Shown here: positions 41,694-52,448 of the stretch, one piece after another
Layout of the letters: every line of letters starts with the position of its first letter
How positions within the stretch are numbered: the first letter of the stretch is position 1
Assembly: GCA_047285805.1 (NCBI GenBank)
Contig: JBJBCN010000003.1
Span: 192,001 to 256,000, forward strand
From: Synechococcus sp.
Lineage (GTDB): Bacteria; Cyanobacteriota; Cyanobacteriia; PCC-6307; Cyanobiaceae
Direction: 5' to 3'
Length of the DNA stretch: 64,000 bases
Notes under the pieces: model-generated
Told to the model about the DNA's origin: nothing
Databases searched by the model: none
The model's input: only the letters and a program-made list of their open reading frames with translations
Position numbers and translations under genes: made by a program

Positions 41694-44600
41694 TTGGTGA
41701 CTCAGCTCCGGAAGAGACTGATCCAGGGTGCTTCTGCATGGTCTGTTGCAGCCCTACAGCTCGCACCAATTGGCGCTGCCTTGGCCTTGCAGCCAACGGC
41801 TGCAGCCACCACATCAGTCCTCACCGAGGCCAGCCCCGAGCAGTCTCCGCCGGTCGTCATCAATCTGCTCTCCAACGAGCAGGGGTTTGATCAAGGCATC
41901 AATCGCTTTGTCGCTAAGGGCGACGTTCAAATCGATCTGGCCGGCGGGCGCGTGCTGGCGGATCGTCTGGAGTACGAGACCGCAACACGCACCCTGCTGC
42001 TGAGCGGGCGGGTCCGCTTCCAGCGCGGTGAGCAGTACTTCCAGGCCAACAGCCTCCGCTACAGCCTCATCGAGAACAGCGGTGATGCGGATGCGGTCTA
42101 CGGGGTACTCGACTTCGACACCAGTGAGGCTGACTTTGACCTCGAGGCCTATCCCTCTGTTGCACTGCCATCTCTGAGCTACTGGCCGACGTGGAGCGAC
42201 TGGGAAAAAGCGAGTTTTTCGACAAACCCGCCCCGCTTGCTTCGTAAAGATCTCAAGGGGAGTGTCCTGGTCGATGTCAGCTGGGCCAATCCGGCCAATA
42301 CCGCCGAATTGGCGCTGGCAGCACATCCACTCGAGGCGCACACAGGCCAGGTCGAGCTCAACGGTCTTGCCCTTGAAGGCCTAAGCAGCAGCGAGCAAGC
42401 CTTAGGCCTTCCAGACAAGCTCAGCCTGGTCCAATGGAGAGTGCCGCCCATTGCCGTGGCACCGTCCGCGCAATCGATGGCATGCACGCCGCTGATTCCG
42501 CCTGTTCCGGATTGGCACCCACATCCCTCTGCCGTGACGGGATGGGCATTCGGACAAGCGATTGACGCCAACTTCGGTGACTCCTTCACCTTCAATGGGC
42601 GCTGGCGACCCGAAAACATCTGGGGTCTGAACTACAACCAGCGCCTAGTGGATGCCGGACCCCTGGCGCTGGAATTTGACTCCAATGCCTTGCTGCACAA
42701 AACCAGCTGGCAACCCGGCGGTGAGTTCAACAACAGCGAGCCTTTTGCACCACTGCCGCCCCAGACCTTTGGCGAATTCACCGCTGCCTTCGGCCTGCGG
42801 GCTTGGCTGCAGCCCTGGCTGAGCCTGGGCTTCTTCGAGGGCGTGAGTTTGCTGACAAACAACAGCCTCTACGAGCAGACCTTCCGGCAGAACTACCAAA
42901 CCTTTCTGAACTACCTGGGGTTTGAGGTCGAAGCCCTGGTCAAACCCCAGTGGTCTGTGGTTGGCCGCCTGCATCACCGCTCAGGCGCCTACGGCACCTA
43001 TGGCGGTGTCAGCGAAGGCAGCAATGCCTACTTAGTCGGTGTTCGCTACCGCTATGGCCGCTCCAAACCACCTCGGATTGCTCCACTGATGCCACCCGCG
43101 GCCAGCTGCCCGGGAGCACCCAGCCCCGACGAAGAGCAGAGGCAAAAGCCTCTTGCTGATCAACTCAATGCTGTTGCGGAGTCGAGAGCTCAGCAGGCAA
43201 CCGGCACTAGCCAACCACCAGCCGTTCCTCCACTCCCTAAGACGACAGCGGCAAAGCGCGAAGCAGAGCGTCACAAGGCCATCGAGGCCATTGCGGACCA
43301 ACGCATCAGCGACCTTTACTACGTCCGCAGCCTCAAAATGGAGCGGCGCCAGGGGGCTGGCTTCTTGAGTCGCTCCAGCGAAGAAGACGCCTTTGGCTCG
43401 GTCCAACCCAGCCAGTTGATGTCACCCGACGGCGATCAGAAACTGATCGAGGGCTTCATCAGCCGCTGGAGGTTCCAGGCTGCCCGAATTCAGATCACAC
43501 CTGACGGCTGGACCGCAACACGCGCTGCTTTCAGCAACGACCCCTTCACGCCTGCCCAATCCTGGATAGACCTTGAAGAGGTTGTTGCCGTTCAGGAAAC
43601 GGATGAGCGCACCAAGATCAGCGCCAAGCGCAGCCGCCTCGTCTTAGAGAACCGGCTTCCGATCCCGATGCGGAAAAACATCGTCCTCGAGCAAGATCAG
43701 CCTACGGATAACCCTTGGGTCATTGCCGACGATGGTATTGACCGCAGTGGCATCTACTTCGGATACAACATGAAGGAAATCGAGCTCAAGAAAGCTCGAT
43801 CGTTAACCAACAAAAAAGGTGTTCAGGTTGATGAACAGCCCCTCAAGCTCAAAATTCAGCCCCAATTCATGGTGGCCCGAGCACTCAACGGGAACGTCAA
43901 CAGCTTTGTTCTACCTGGCGATCCGATTGGAGGACCGAAAGGATCTCAGCCGGCGCAGATAGGGGATCTCTTTGGTGCCTTGATAAAGCTCGAAGGCTCT
44001 GTCTTCGGTTACTCCACCAGTGATTTCACCCTCAGCCTGCCAACGCTGAACCCCCAGAACATGGCGAACGGCACCCGCAGCTGGGGTGACTTCTCAAGAC
44101 AAGTTTTCATTCCCAAGCTGGGGATTATTCCAGCTGGCACCTACACCACACGTCTGTTCGGTGCCTATCGCTACAAGACCTACAACGGCTCACTGGGCCA
44201 GCAGGACGTCTACTCCGCCCTCGGCGCTTCAATCGAGCGCCAAGGCGATCTCAATCCCTGGTGGCAGGTCAAGCACAACTATTACTGGAGGGCAGCCTTC
44301 GGCAACTTCCAAGGCAATAGTTTTAGCGACTCAAATCTTATTGATAGCACGCGCGGAAGTTTCTTTGGTGCCGTCAACAGTTCACTTCAAATTTGGCAAG
44401 CCAAATACGGCGATCGCAACAACCCCAAGACCACCCAGAACACACCTAACCCCATAACGCCTGGACTCCGTTTCAACACCAACGTCAGCACCCGTCTTGA
44501 CTTCTATGGCGATGGCACCCGACAACTTGACCTCAGCCTCTCAGGTGGTCCGACATTGACATTGGGGCGTTTCGTGAAAAACTTCTTCGATTACACCGAA

Positions 44601-44963
44601 CTCACCATTGCTGGCGGCGGAACACTGCAGCAGGGTGAAAGTCCGTTCAGCTTTGATAGAAACGTCGACCTCGCCACGTTGGGTATTGGTTTGCGCCAAC
44701 AACTCGTCGGTCCGCTGTTGATCAGCGGCGGCCTGGGTGTAAACGTCGATCCCAGCTCTCCGTACTACGGCGACTTCACCAATGCCTATGGCGAATTGGT
44801 GTGGTCCCGCCGCGGCTACGAATTCGCGATCTACTACAGCCCCTACGAGCAGATTGGCGGGATCCGCGTGAAGCTCAACGACTTCAACTACAGAGGCACG
44901 GGCCTCCCCTTTGTGCCGTACACCCCGACCGATTTCACCAAGAAGCGCCAGGGGCTTTACTGA
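41694..44963 (+). CDS. DUF3769 LptD/OstA-like outer-membrane protein
   Basis: OstA-like N-terminus (A.GDV...LADRLEY), ISRWRFQA and FSNDPFTP motifs, C-terminal beta-strands; follows psbI. Confidence 0.8.
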   Translation: MVTQLRKRLIQGASAWSVAALQLAPIGAALALQPTAAATTSVLTEASPEQSPPVVINLLSNEQGFDQGINRFVAKGDVQIDLAGGRVLADRLEYETATRTLLLSGRVRFQRGEQYFQANSLRYSLIENSGDADAVYGVLDFDTSEADFDLEAYPSVALPSLSYWPTWSDWEKASFSTNPPRLLRKDLKGSVLVDVSWANPANTAELALAAHPLEAHTGQVELNGLALEGLSSSEQALGLPDKLSLVQWRVPPIAVAPSAQSMACTPLIPPVPDWHPHPSAVTGWAFGQAIDANFGDSFTFNGRWRPENIWGLNYNQRLVDAGPLALEFDSNALLHKTSWQPGGEFNNSEPFAPLPPQTFGEFTAAFGLRAWLQPWLSLGFFEGVSLLTNNSLYEQTFRQNYQTFLNYLGFEVEALVKPQWSVVGRLHHRSGAYGTYGGVSEGSNAYLVGVRYRYGRSKPPRIAPLMPPAASCPGAPSPDEEQRQKPLADQLNAVAESRAQQATGTSQPPAVPPLPKTTAAKREAERHKAIEAIADQRISDLYYVRSLKMERRQGAGFLSRSSEEDAFGSVQPSQLMSPDGDQKLIEGFISRWRFQAARIQITPDGWTATRAAFSNDPFTPAQSWIDLEEVVAVQETDERTKISAKRSRLVLENRLPIPMRKNIVLEQDQPTDNPWVIADDGIDRSGIYFGYNMKEIELKKARSLTNKKGVQVDEQPLKLKIQPQFMVARALNGNVNSFVLPGDPIGGPKGSQPAQIGDLFGALIKLEGSVFGYSTSDFTLSLPTLNPQNMANGTRSWGDFSRQVFIPKLGIIPAGTYTTRLFGAYRYKTYNGSLGQQDVYSALGASIERQGDLNPWWQVKHNYYWRAAFGNFQGNSFSDSNLIDSTRGSFFGAVNSSLQIWQAKYGDRNNPKTTQNTPNPITPGLRFNTNVSTRLDFYGDGTRQLDLSLSGGPTLTLGRFVKNFFDYTELTIAGGGTLQQGESPFSFDRNVDLATLGIGLRQQLVGPLLISGGLGVNVDPSSPYYGDFTNAYGELVWSRRGYEFAIYYSPYEQIGGIRVKLNDFNYRGTGLPFVPYTPTDFTKKRQGLY

Positions 44964-45460
44964 GGGGGCAACCCCGGCAACGGCCTCGGTCCATCAACAA
45001 CGTCACCGCCCACCATCAGCTGGCTACCGGTGAAGTCCACCCCCATCAAGACCGTCTGATCGAGCTTGAGCCCAGGGGTTAAAGCCTGAATCATCACGGC
45101 ACCGCTCAAGTTCGCGCTGCTGAGGTCGGCACCAGATAAATCGGCATTGCTCAACCGAGTGCCCTGGAGCTGCGCCCCCTCCAGGTTGGCGCCGCTGAGA
45201 TCCGCCCCCTCCAAATTGCTGCCGCGCAGATCCGCTCCGCGCAGATCCGCCTCGCGCAGGTCGATGCCATTCAGCATCAAGCCGCTCAGGTCAGTTCCGC
45301 GCAGGTCACAGCCTGGGCAAGCGGGCCAGGCCGGGGCGCTGAGCTCAGCTGCCTCTGGGTAAGGCTCAACCTGCAGAGGAGCGGCTTGAACCGATCCAGG
45401 GCCACAGAGCAGGGCGAATGCGACGGCCGCCGATCCCTTCCCAAGCCAGCCGATCGCCAT
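44957..45460 (-). CDS. Pentapeptide repeat protein
   Basis: Signal peptide, CPGCDL and A(D/N)LxG repeats. Confidence 0.88.
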   Translation of the reverse strand: MAIGWLGKGSAAVAFALLCGPGSVQAAPLQVEPYPEAAELSAPAWPACPGCDLRGTDLSGLMLNGIDLREADLRGADLRGSNLEGADLSGANLEGAQLQGTRLSNADLSGADLSSANLSGAVMIQALTPGLKLDQTVLMGVDFTGSQLMVGGDVVDGPRPLPGLPPQ

Positions 45461-45514
45461 TGCCGCTGCGCCGCTATCTCATTCATAGACAGTGACGCAA
45501 CTGGCCGCCACGGA

Positions 45515-46138
45515 TCAGGCGATTTGGAACAGACGCAGATAGGGAAGGCGTTGGGTGGTGGCCTTGAGGGCCCCGTCATTGGCCAGCAACTGAGCCGTGG
45601 CATCCCACTGCCCGCTGAGCAGCATCTGCTTGGGTCCCTCCGCCAAGGTCAACGCCCACTGCTGGTCGCCGCAAGAGAGCGTCAAGGCATCGACATCAGC
45701 CACGAAAACCGCAGTCGCATCGGCCTCGGCCACCGCCTGAATCGCCATCATGGTCTCGTGATCGGCGCTGAGGCACGGAATGCCCAAGGCCAGGCAGTTC
45801 CCATAGAAGATCTCAGCGAAGCTCTCGCCGACCACCACCCGGATGCCCCAACGCATCAGGGCCTGCGGGGCATGCTCGCGGCTTGAGCCGCAGCCGAAAT
45901 TGCGATTCACCAGCAGGACGGACGCCTCTTGATGCTCCGGGCGATCGAAGGGGTGCGCTCCGGCTAACTCCGCGCGGTCATCGGCGAAGGCCGAAGGCCC
46001 GAGGGCATCAAAGGTGACGCACTTCAGGAAACGAGCCGGAATAATCCGGTCAGTGTCGATATCATCGCCGCGCACCACAACGCTGGTGCCGGAGACCTGA
46101 GTGATCGAGCCAGAGGGGAAAGGAGTGGAGCTAGCCAT
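45515..46138 (-). CDS. leuD: 3-isopropylmalate dehydratase small subunit
   Basis: DIDTDRIIPARFL and NFGCGSSREHA motifs. Confidence 0.96.
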   Translation of the reverse strand: MASSTPFPSGSITQVSGTSVVVRGDDIDTDRIIPARFLKCVTFDALGPSAFADDRAELAGAHPFDRPEHQEASVLLVNRNFGCGSSREHAPQALMRWGIRVVVGESFAEIFYGNCLALGIPCLSADHETMMAIQAVAEADATAVFVADVDALTLSCGDQQWALTLAEGPKQMLLSGQWDATAQLLANDGALKATTQRLPYLRLFQIA

Positions 46139-46163
46139 CGGTTGAAAAGAAAAACGCGATCAA

Positions 46164-47573
46164 TCAGGCGTTGAGCAACACGCGCACATCACTGACGCAG
46201 CCCTGAATCGCGGCGGCCGCCACCATCGCTGGGCTCATCAACAGGGTGCGGCCGCTGGAGGAACCCTGGCGTCCTTTGAAATTGCGATTGCTGGAGCTCG
46301 CGCTGATCTGACGACCTTCCAAGCGGTCCGGATTCATCGCCAGGCACATCGAGCAGCCCGGCTCACGCCACTCAAAGCCCGCCGCTTCAAAGACCTTGTC
46401 GAGGCCTTCCGCCTCCGCCGCCGCGGCAACCTGCTCGCTGCCAGGAACTACAAAGGCCTTGATGCCTGCAGCCACATGGCGTCCCTTCGCCACCGCAGCC
46501 GCGGCCTGAAGATCACTCAAACGGCCATTGGTGCAGCTGCCAATAAAGCAGACATCGACAGGCAAGCCAGCGATGGGAGCCCCGGGCTGCAGATCCATGT
46601 AGCGATAGGCCTCCTCCGCGAGGGGACGCTCGTCGGGTTCGGTTTGCTCCAGGGTGGGCACAGCCTCATCCACACCGATGCCTTGGCCGGGGGTGATGCC
46701 CCAGGTGACCGTGGGCGCGATGGAAGCCGCATCACAGCGGACTTCATCGTCGAAGACGGCATCGGTGGAGCTGGCCAAGCCACTCCACCAACGCACCGCC
46801 TCAGACCAGGCCTCGCCACTGGGAGCGAAGGGACGACCCTCGAGGTAGTCAAAGGTGACCTGATCGGGATTGACGTACCCGCAGCGGGCGCCGCCCTCAA
46901 TCGCCATGTTGCAGAGGGTCATCCGCTCCTCCATCGAGAGCGCCTCAATCGCTGGGCCGGCGAATTCGTAGGCGTAGCCGACTCCGCCCTTCACCCCCAG
47001 GGTGCGGATCAGATGCAAGACCAGGTCCTTGGCGTAGACGCCGGGCTGCAGCTGTCCATCCACCCAGATCCGGCGGACATTGAGCTTGCCCATCGCCAGG
47101 CTCTGGCTGGCCAACACATCTCGGACCTGACTGGTGCCAATGCCAAAGGCGATCGCACCGAAGGCCCCATGGGTGGAGGTGTGAGAGTCGCCGCAGGCCA
47201 CGGTCATGCCCGGCTGGGTCAAACCCAGTTCAGGGGCAATCACATGGACGATCCCTTGGCGACCGCTGCCAATGCCATGCAGAGTGATGCCGTGCTCCGC
47301 GCAGTTGGCCTCCAAGGTGGCCAGCATTTCCTCCGCCAGTGGATCCGCGAAGGGGCGCGCCTGGGAGGTAGTCGGAACGATGTGATCGACCGTGGCGACC
47401 GTGCGCTCGGGGTGCCGCACCGTCAAACCCAGGTCCTTCAAGCCGGCAAAGGCTTGGGGGCTGGTGACCTCGTGGATCAAGTGCAGGCCGATAAACAGCT
47501 GGGTGGCCCCACCCGGCAGCTGGGAGACCTGGTGTAGATCCCAAACCTTGTCGTAGAGGGTGCCGGAGCTCAC
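46164..47573 (-). CDS. leuC: 3-isopropylmalate dehydratase large subunit
   Basis: [23 protein letters not shown] and [10 protein letters not shown] motifs. GTG start at 47573. Confidence 0.96.
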   Translation of the reverse strand: MSSGTLYDKVWDLHQVSQLPGGATQLFIGLHLIHEVTSPQAFAGLKDLGLTVRHPERTVATVDHIVPTTSQARPFADPLAEEMLATLEANCAEHGITLHGIGSGRQGIVHVIAPELGLTQPGMTVACGDSHTSTHGAFGAIAFGIGTSQVRDVLASQSLAMGKLNVRRIWVDGQLQPGVYAKDLVLHLIRTLGVKGGVGYAYEFAGPAIEALSMEERMTLCNMAIEGGARCGYVNPDQVTFDYLEGRPFAPSGEAWSEAVRWWSGLASSTDAVFDDEVRCDAASIAPTVTWGITPGQGIGVDEAVPTLEQTEPDERPLAEEAYRYMDLQPGAPIAGLPVDVCFIGSCTNGRLSDLQAAAAVAKGRHVAAGIKAFVVPGSEQVAAAAEAEGLDKVFEAAGFEWREPGCSMCLAMNPDRLEGRQISASSSNRNFKGRQGSSSGRTLLMSPAMVAAAAIQGCVSDVRVLLNA

Positions 47574-47605
47574 GCCGATGCCTGCAGCGGAATCGACGAG
47601 CCTAC

Positions 47606-48847
47606 TCAGGCCAACTGCAGTCTCAATCGGTTCAAGGCCTCGCCGGCGCTCAGGATCTGGATCCATGCGCGGCCGCGACTCGTACCAAAGCGAAGGCCCT
47701 CACTGCTGCAGCCCTTGGGACCGGCCAAAGCGATGTGCACCAGACCCACGGGCTTCTGCTCGCTCCCCCCTCCCGGTCCTGCGACTCCCGTGATCGCCAG
47801 GGCCCAATCCGCTCCCGTCAGCCGTCGCACCCCCTCAGCCATCGCCTCGGCCACGGGATCGCTGACGGCCCCATAGGTGTCCAGGAGCGCCTCAGACACC
47901 CCGAGTACCTGCTGCTTGACGCTATTGGCATAGGCAATCACCCCACCAAGAAACACATCGGACGCGCCAGGGACAGCCGCCAAGGCCGCACCTAGGCCAC
48001 CACCGGTGCAGCTCTCCGCAACGGCGACGCTCTGCCCGAGCTGCCGAAGCCGATCCAGCACCACCGCGGCCAGGCTCTGCTCATCGACGCCAAAACAGCT
48101 CAGGCCCGTTCGATTGCGGATCTCGCGCTCCACCGGCTCAAGCAGGGCTTCGGCTTCGGCGAGGTGCTCGGCTCGGGCCGTGATCCGCAGCTTGACCTCC
48201 CCAGCCCCCGCATAGGGCGCCACGGTGGGGTTGACCTGCTCGAGCAGATCCGCCATGTCCTCGGCCAAGGCCGATTCAGAAACACCCCAGAAGCGCAGCA
48301 TCCGGCTTGCGAACACCCCAGCGGCCAAGCCGGACTGCCGCAACCAAGGGGCCGCGGTCTGCTGCCACATCGCCTTCATCTCACTGGGAACCCCCGGGAA
48401 GGTCAGCACCGTGAAGCCCGGAACCGGGCTCCAGATCATTCCGGGGGCCGTTCCAGTGGGGTTGGACAGCAGCTCAGCCCCTTGCGGCAAGAACGCCTGG
48501 CGGCGATTGCTCGGCGAGCAAGTCCGGCCGCGGGCGGACACGCGCGCCTGGATCTCCGCCCAAACCTCAGGGTGCTCGACCAGGGGGGTCTCAAACGCAG
48601 CAGCGATAGCCTCGGTGGTGAGGTCATCCGGGGTCGGTCCCAGGCCGCCCGTGGTGATCAAGACGCGGCAGCGGCTGGCAGCTTGCCGGACCTCAGCCAT
48701 CAAGCGCTCGCGGTTGTCGCCAACGACCATCTGGCGTTGATGGGGAACTCCGAGGGACGCCAATTGCTCGGCAATCCAGCGGGCATTGCCGTTCGTGATG
48801 TTGCCCAGCAGCAATTCGCTACCGACGCAGAGGATTTCAGCTGTCAA
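47606..48847 (-). CDS. cinA: Competence/damage-inducible protein A (MocF + PncC domains)
   Basis: [20 protein letters not shown] and AESCTGG motifs. Confidence 0.93.
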   Translation of the reverse strand: MTAEILCVGSELLLGNITNGNARWIAEQLASLGVPHQRQMVVGDNRERLMAEVRQAASRCRVLITTGGLGPTPDDLTTEAIAAAFETPLVEHPEVWAEIQARVSARGRTCSPSNRRQAFLPQGAELLSNPTGTAPGMIWSPVPGFTVLTFPGVPSEMKAMWQQTAAPWLRQSGLAAGVFASRMLRFWGVSESALAEDMADLLEQVNPTVAPYAGAGEVKLRITARAEHLAEAEALLEPVEREIRNRTGLSCFGVDEQSLAAVVLDRLRQLGQSVAVAESCTGGGLGAALAAVPGASDVFLGGVIAYANSVKQQVLGVSEALLDTYGAVSDPVAEAMAEGVRRLTGADWALAITGVAGPGGGSEQKPVGLVHIALAGPKGCSSEGLRFGTSRGRAWIQILSAGEALNRLRLQLA

Positions 48848-49934
48848 CTTCCTGGTCCTGGCGAACTCGCTCGCGGTTCACACTGCGGCGACAAATCGTC
48901 ACCGCCGCGATCAAAACCGCGGTGGCCAAGGTCAGCCAGAGGAAACGCAACTCGGCTCCAGCGAAGACCAAGGCCAAGGCAGCCAGCCACTGAGTGAAGG
49001 CGTAGATCAAGAGCACCGTGCGGCGATGGCTAAACCCGGCCCGCAGCAGGCGGTGATGCAAATGCCGCCGATCGGGATAGAAGGGGGAATGCCCCTCGCT
49101 GACCCGGCCCATGATCACGGCGGACATGTCTGCCAAGGGCAAGGCCAGGATCAAGACCGGGAAGAGCAAACTGACGCTGGTTAAGCCCTTGGCAGGGCCC
49201 ACGATGCTGATGGCGGCAAGGGCAAAGCCCAGGAAGTATGAGCCTCCATCGCCCATAAAAATCTGGGCCGGATTGAAGTTGTGGCGCAGGAACCCCAAGC
49301 AACTGCCCGCGAGTGCCGCGGCCAGAAGGCCAGGGGCCGGCTGAGAGAGGCTATAGCTGACCGAAAGCAAAGCCACAGCGGCAATTCCGCTGACACCGGC
49401 GGCCAGGCCATCGAGACCATCCAGCCAATTTATGGCGTTGGTGATCCCGACAAGCCAGATGACGGTGAAGAGCAAGCTCAGCGGTTCGGACAAGGGAATG
49501 ACCCCTGAACCACCACCGAAGGGCAGATCAATCCCACCAATACGAACGCCCTGGCTCCAAACCGCCATCGCCACCGCCACCTGACCAACAAGACGCGGCA
49601 AGGGAGGCAAGGCAAAGAGGTCATCGGCCAGACCGATGACGAAATAGCAAAGCGACCCCGCCAGGGTGGTCCAAATAAGGGCATCCCGCTGCGGAGGCAG
49701 CTCCACAAAGCCACCCAGGCTCCAGATCAAGAGCAAGCCGAGCACGAAGCCCGCCACAATCCCGATCCCACCCAGGCGCACCATTGGCGTGGTGTGCTGC
49801 TTCCTTGAGTCGGGGTGGTCAATCAGCCCCCAACGCAATCCCAACTGGCGTACGAGGGGAACGATCAAGGCGGTCAGCACTGCAGCGCTTGCGAAAGCCA
49901 GGACAGCGGCAAGATCCGGCCGGCTGGAAATCAT
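48837..49934 (-). CDS. MraY/WecA family (glycosyltransferase 4) undecaprenyl-phosphate sugar-1-phosphate transferase
   Basis: [25 protein letters not shown] and HLHHRL motifs. Confidence 0.92.
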   Translation of the reverse strand: MISSRPDLAAVLAFASAAVLTALIVPLVRQLGLRWGLIDHPDSRKQHTTPMVRLGGIGIVAGFVLGLLLIWSLGGFVELPPQRDALIWTTLAGSLCYFVIGLADDLFALPPLPRLVGQVAVAMAVWSQGVRIGGIDLPFGGGSGVIPLSEPLSLLFTVIWLVGITNAINWLDGLDGLAAGVSGIAAVALLSVSYSLSQPAPGLLAAALAGSCLGFLRHNFNPAQIFMGDGGSYFLGFALAAISIVGPAKGLTSVSLLFPVLILALPLADMSAVIMGRVSEGHSPFYPDRRHLHHRLLRAGFSHRRTVLLIYAFTQWLAALALVFAGAELRFLWLTLATAVLIAAVTICRRSVNRERVRQDQEVDS

Positions 49935-50063
49935 CGAAGGCGGTGCTCAATGCAGTGCGCAGTGACCCGCGCGGATCGGCGCCAGGCAAAGGCCCTGCCA
50001 GCCAAAGCTTAAGCAGGGCCTAGGAGTTCGGCGATAGCCAAGGCCCCCTCAGGGGCCAGTCGC

Positions 50064-51353
50064 TCAAGCGGGCTGCAGCTCGCGCCGATGGGCGTACAGG
50101 GGGAAGCGCTCACAGAGGGCACCTACCCGTTCACGGCAACGCTCCTCTATGGCGGAGTCTTCGGGATTGAGCAGGCGATCGGCGATCACATCCGCCACCT
50201 CACGGAAAGCGTCTTCGTCAAAGCCACGGGTCGTGCAAGCGGCCGTCCCCAGTCGCAGACCACTGGTCACGAAGGGGGACTGGGGGTCGAAAGGCACGGT
50301 GTTCTTGTTGGCCGTGATGTGGACTTCACTGACCAGGAGATCAGCCACCTTGCCGGTCATGCCGATACCGCGCAGGTCCAGCAGCACAATGTGGTTATCG
50401 GTGCCCGCACTGACCACATCAATGCCGCGCTCTTTGATACGAGCCGCCAGGGCCTGGGCGTTGGCCACCACCTGTTTAGCGTAGTCCTCGAAGCTGGGCT
50501 GCAGCGCTTCGCCAAAGGCCACGGCCTTCGCCGCGATGACGTGCTCCAGGGGGCCACCCTGGCTGCCAGGGAACACCGCTTTATCGAACTGCCTAGCGAA
50601 ATCCGCATCACGGCAGAGAATTAGGCCTCCGCGTGGGCCGCGCAGGGTCTTGTGGGTGGTGGTGGTGACCACGTCACACACGGGAACCGGGTTGGGGTGC
50701 ACACCGGCAGCAACCAGACCAGCGATGTGAGCCATGTCGGCCAGGAGGAAGGCACCCACTTCATCGGCGATGGCCCGGAAAGCCTGGAAGTCGATCATGC
50801 GGGGGTAAGCCGAGTACCCGCAGACGATCAGCTTGGGCTTGTGCTCGAGGGCGAGCTTGCGGATCGCCTCGAAGTTCAGCTGCTGGGTGGTTTCATCCAC
50901 GCCGTACTGAACGACGTTGAACCACTTGCCGCTGACGTTGACCGGGGAACCATGGGTCAGGTGACCACCATGGCTCAGGTCCATGCCCATGATCGTGTCG
51001 CCCGGCTTCAGCAGCGCCAGGAACACCGCAAAGTTGGCCTGGGCGCCGCTGTGGGGCTGGACGTTGGCCCAGGCCGCACCGAAAAGCTCTTTGGCGCGCT
51101 CAATCGCCAGCTCTTCGATGGCATCGACGTGCTCACAGCCGCCGTAGTAGCGCTTCGACGGCAGGCCCTCGGCGTACTTGTTGGTCAGGACGGAGCCCTG
51201 GGCCTCCATGACGGCCTTGGAGGCGAAGTTCTCCGAGGCGATTAGCTCCAGGTGGGTCTGCTGACGCTGCAGCTCCTTGCCAATCAAGGCAGCGATGGCG
51301 GGATCGCTCGCAGCCAGGGGGCGATTGGTGGCTGCTGCGGTGGACTCCGCCAT
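50064..51353 (-). CDS. glyA: Serine hydroxymethyltransferase
   Basis: LIASENF, GGHLTHG and [14 protein letters not shown] motifs. Confidence 0.98.
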   Translation of the reverse strand: MAESTAAATNRPLAASDPAIAALIGKELQRQQTHLELIASENFASKAVMEAQGSVLTNKYAEGLPSKRYYGGCEHVDAIEELAIERAKELFGAAWANVQPHSGAQANFAVFLALLKPGDTIMGMDLSHGGHLTHGSPVNVSGKWFNVVQYGVDETTQQLNFEAIRKLALEHKPKLIVCGYSAYPRMIDFQAFRAIADEVGAFLLADMAHIAGLVAAGVHPNPVPVCDVVTTTTHKTLRGPRGGLILCRDADFARQFDKAVFPGSQGGPLEHVIAAKAVAFGEALQPSFEDYAKQVVANAQALAARIKERGIDVVSAGTDNHIVLLDLRGIGMTGKVADLLVSEVHITANKNTVPFDPQSPFVTSGLRLGTAACTTRGFDEDAFREVADVIADRLLNPEDSAIEERCRERVGALCERFPLYAHRRELQPA

Positions 51354-51427
51354 GAGAAATCAGGGCTCAGGTTGAGCTGAATCGTAAGAAACCGCAGCAC
51401 TGCACGCCGACCGGCGCGCAAGCATTG

Positions 51428-51455
51428 AAAAAGTCGCCCCGAAGGACGACTCTTT
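51428..51455 (-). terminator. Probable terminator after tRNA-Arg
   Basis: Minus-strand hairpin AGTCGTCC-TTCG-GGGCGACT followed by TTTT. Confidence 0.65.
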
Positions 51456-51460
51456 GAAGG

Positions 51461-51534
51461 CGCGCCTGGAGAGATTCGAACTCCCGACCCTCTGATCCGT
51501 AGTCAGATGCTCTAATCCGCTGAGCTACAAGCGC
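51461..51534 (-). tRNA. tRNA-Arg(ACG)
   Basis: GCGCTTGTAGCTCAGCGGATTAGAGCA, anticodon arm TCTGA-CT-ACG-GA-TCAGA, GTTCGAAT T-loop. Confidence 0.96.
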
Positions 51535-51617
51535 CTGGGCTTTCCAGGACATTCTGCCCACATCGAGGGCCCACACGTCAACCAACCAAACTGGAGTCAA
51601 CGAGGAGCTGCTCAGAC

Positions 51618-51857
51618 ATGCCGATTCGTTGGTACGGCCCTGCCAACCCTGAGGACCCCACCTACCGGCACTTCAACCGGATCGTGAATCTGGTGCTGCA
51701 CGGCATGGTGTTTGCGGCCCTCAACAGCGGGCTCTGGTTTGTCCAAGAAATGCGCCACCCCTGGAGCCATCTCAGCTGGCTCACTAGTGCCTGGGCGGTC
51801 CTCATAGCGGCCCACCTTGTCAGCGTGGCCATTCAGCGCCCGAAAGCGTCATCCTGA
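51618..51857 (+). CDS. Small 2-TM hypothetical protein
   Basis: DPTYRHF.R.VN..LH...F...NSGLWF motif. Confidence 0.75.
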   Translation: MPIRWYGPANPEDPTYRHFNRIVNLVLHGMVFAALNSGLWFVQEMRHPWSHLSWLTSAWAVLIAAHLVSVAIQRPKASS

Positions 51858-51880
51858 GCGCAGCTCTGAAGGCGGTTGGC

Positions 51881-52168
51881 ATGGCCCTCTCCCCTAGCGA
51901 GATCCGCGACCTGCAACTCGAGATCGCCGATCGCCTTTACATCCAAATCGGTGGCTGGCACCTTTACCTCGGCGACGCCTGCCTCGCTGAGGCCCTTGCC
52001 ATCGAATGCGCCGCCAGGCTCGAGCAAGGGGCTGGGGTGTGCGCCCGGCAGTCCTTAGAAGCCGTTCAGGTTCCGATTGGCGGTGGAAGCAGCAAGCTGC
52101 CCCTGGCTCGACTGGTCCCGGCAGGGCAACTACAGGACCTGGAGGAGCTCCTGGACAACCGCAGTTAG
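51881..52168 (+). CDS. DUF3181-like protein
   Basis: IADRLYIQIGGWHLYLGDA and VPIGGG motifs. Confidence 0.8.
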   Translation: MALSPSEIRDLQLEIADRLYIQIGGWHLYLGDACLAEALAIECAARLEQGAGVCARQSLEAVQVPIGGGSSKLPLARLVPAGQLQDLEELLDNRS

Positions 52169-52193
52169 GGTTGCCTCCACCTGCCAGGGCCCA

Positions 52194-52448
52194 GTGCTGG
52201 TCATCGAGGTCACCAACGCTCGCGAGGTGGTGCGACAACGCATCGGTCGATTGGGGAGCCGCTTGATCGGCAAAGTCGTCGATGCGGAGGCCCAGGTGGA
52301 AAAGGCCTTGATCCAAGAGATGGAGACCGCCTTCCGAGATTTCGGCATCGAAGCGAGGATCTACTCCGTTGACGGCCCAGCGATGGTGGGCAAAAGCCAC
52401 CTGGAGCTGCCGATCCAGGTCCGCGAAGAGCGGGTTATCGAGCTTTAA
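52194..52448 (+). CDS. Conserved hypothetical protein
   Basis: GTG start; VIEVTNAREVV...VEKALI..METAF. Last gene of a three-gene run. Confidence 0.7.
   Translation: MLVIEVTNAREVVRQRIGRLGSRLIGKVVDAEAQVEKALIQEMETAFRDFGIEARIYSVDGPAMVGKSHLELPIQVREERVIEL

Noticed and set aside
45100..45310. Periodic 15-bp repeats
   Set aside because: Coding pentapeptide repeats, not a CRISPR array or VNTR.
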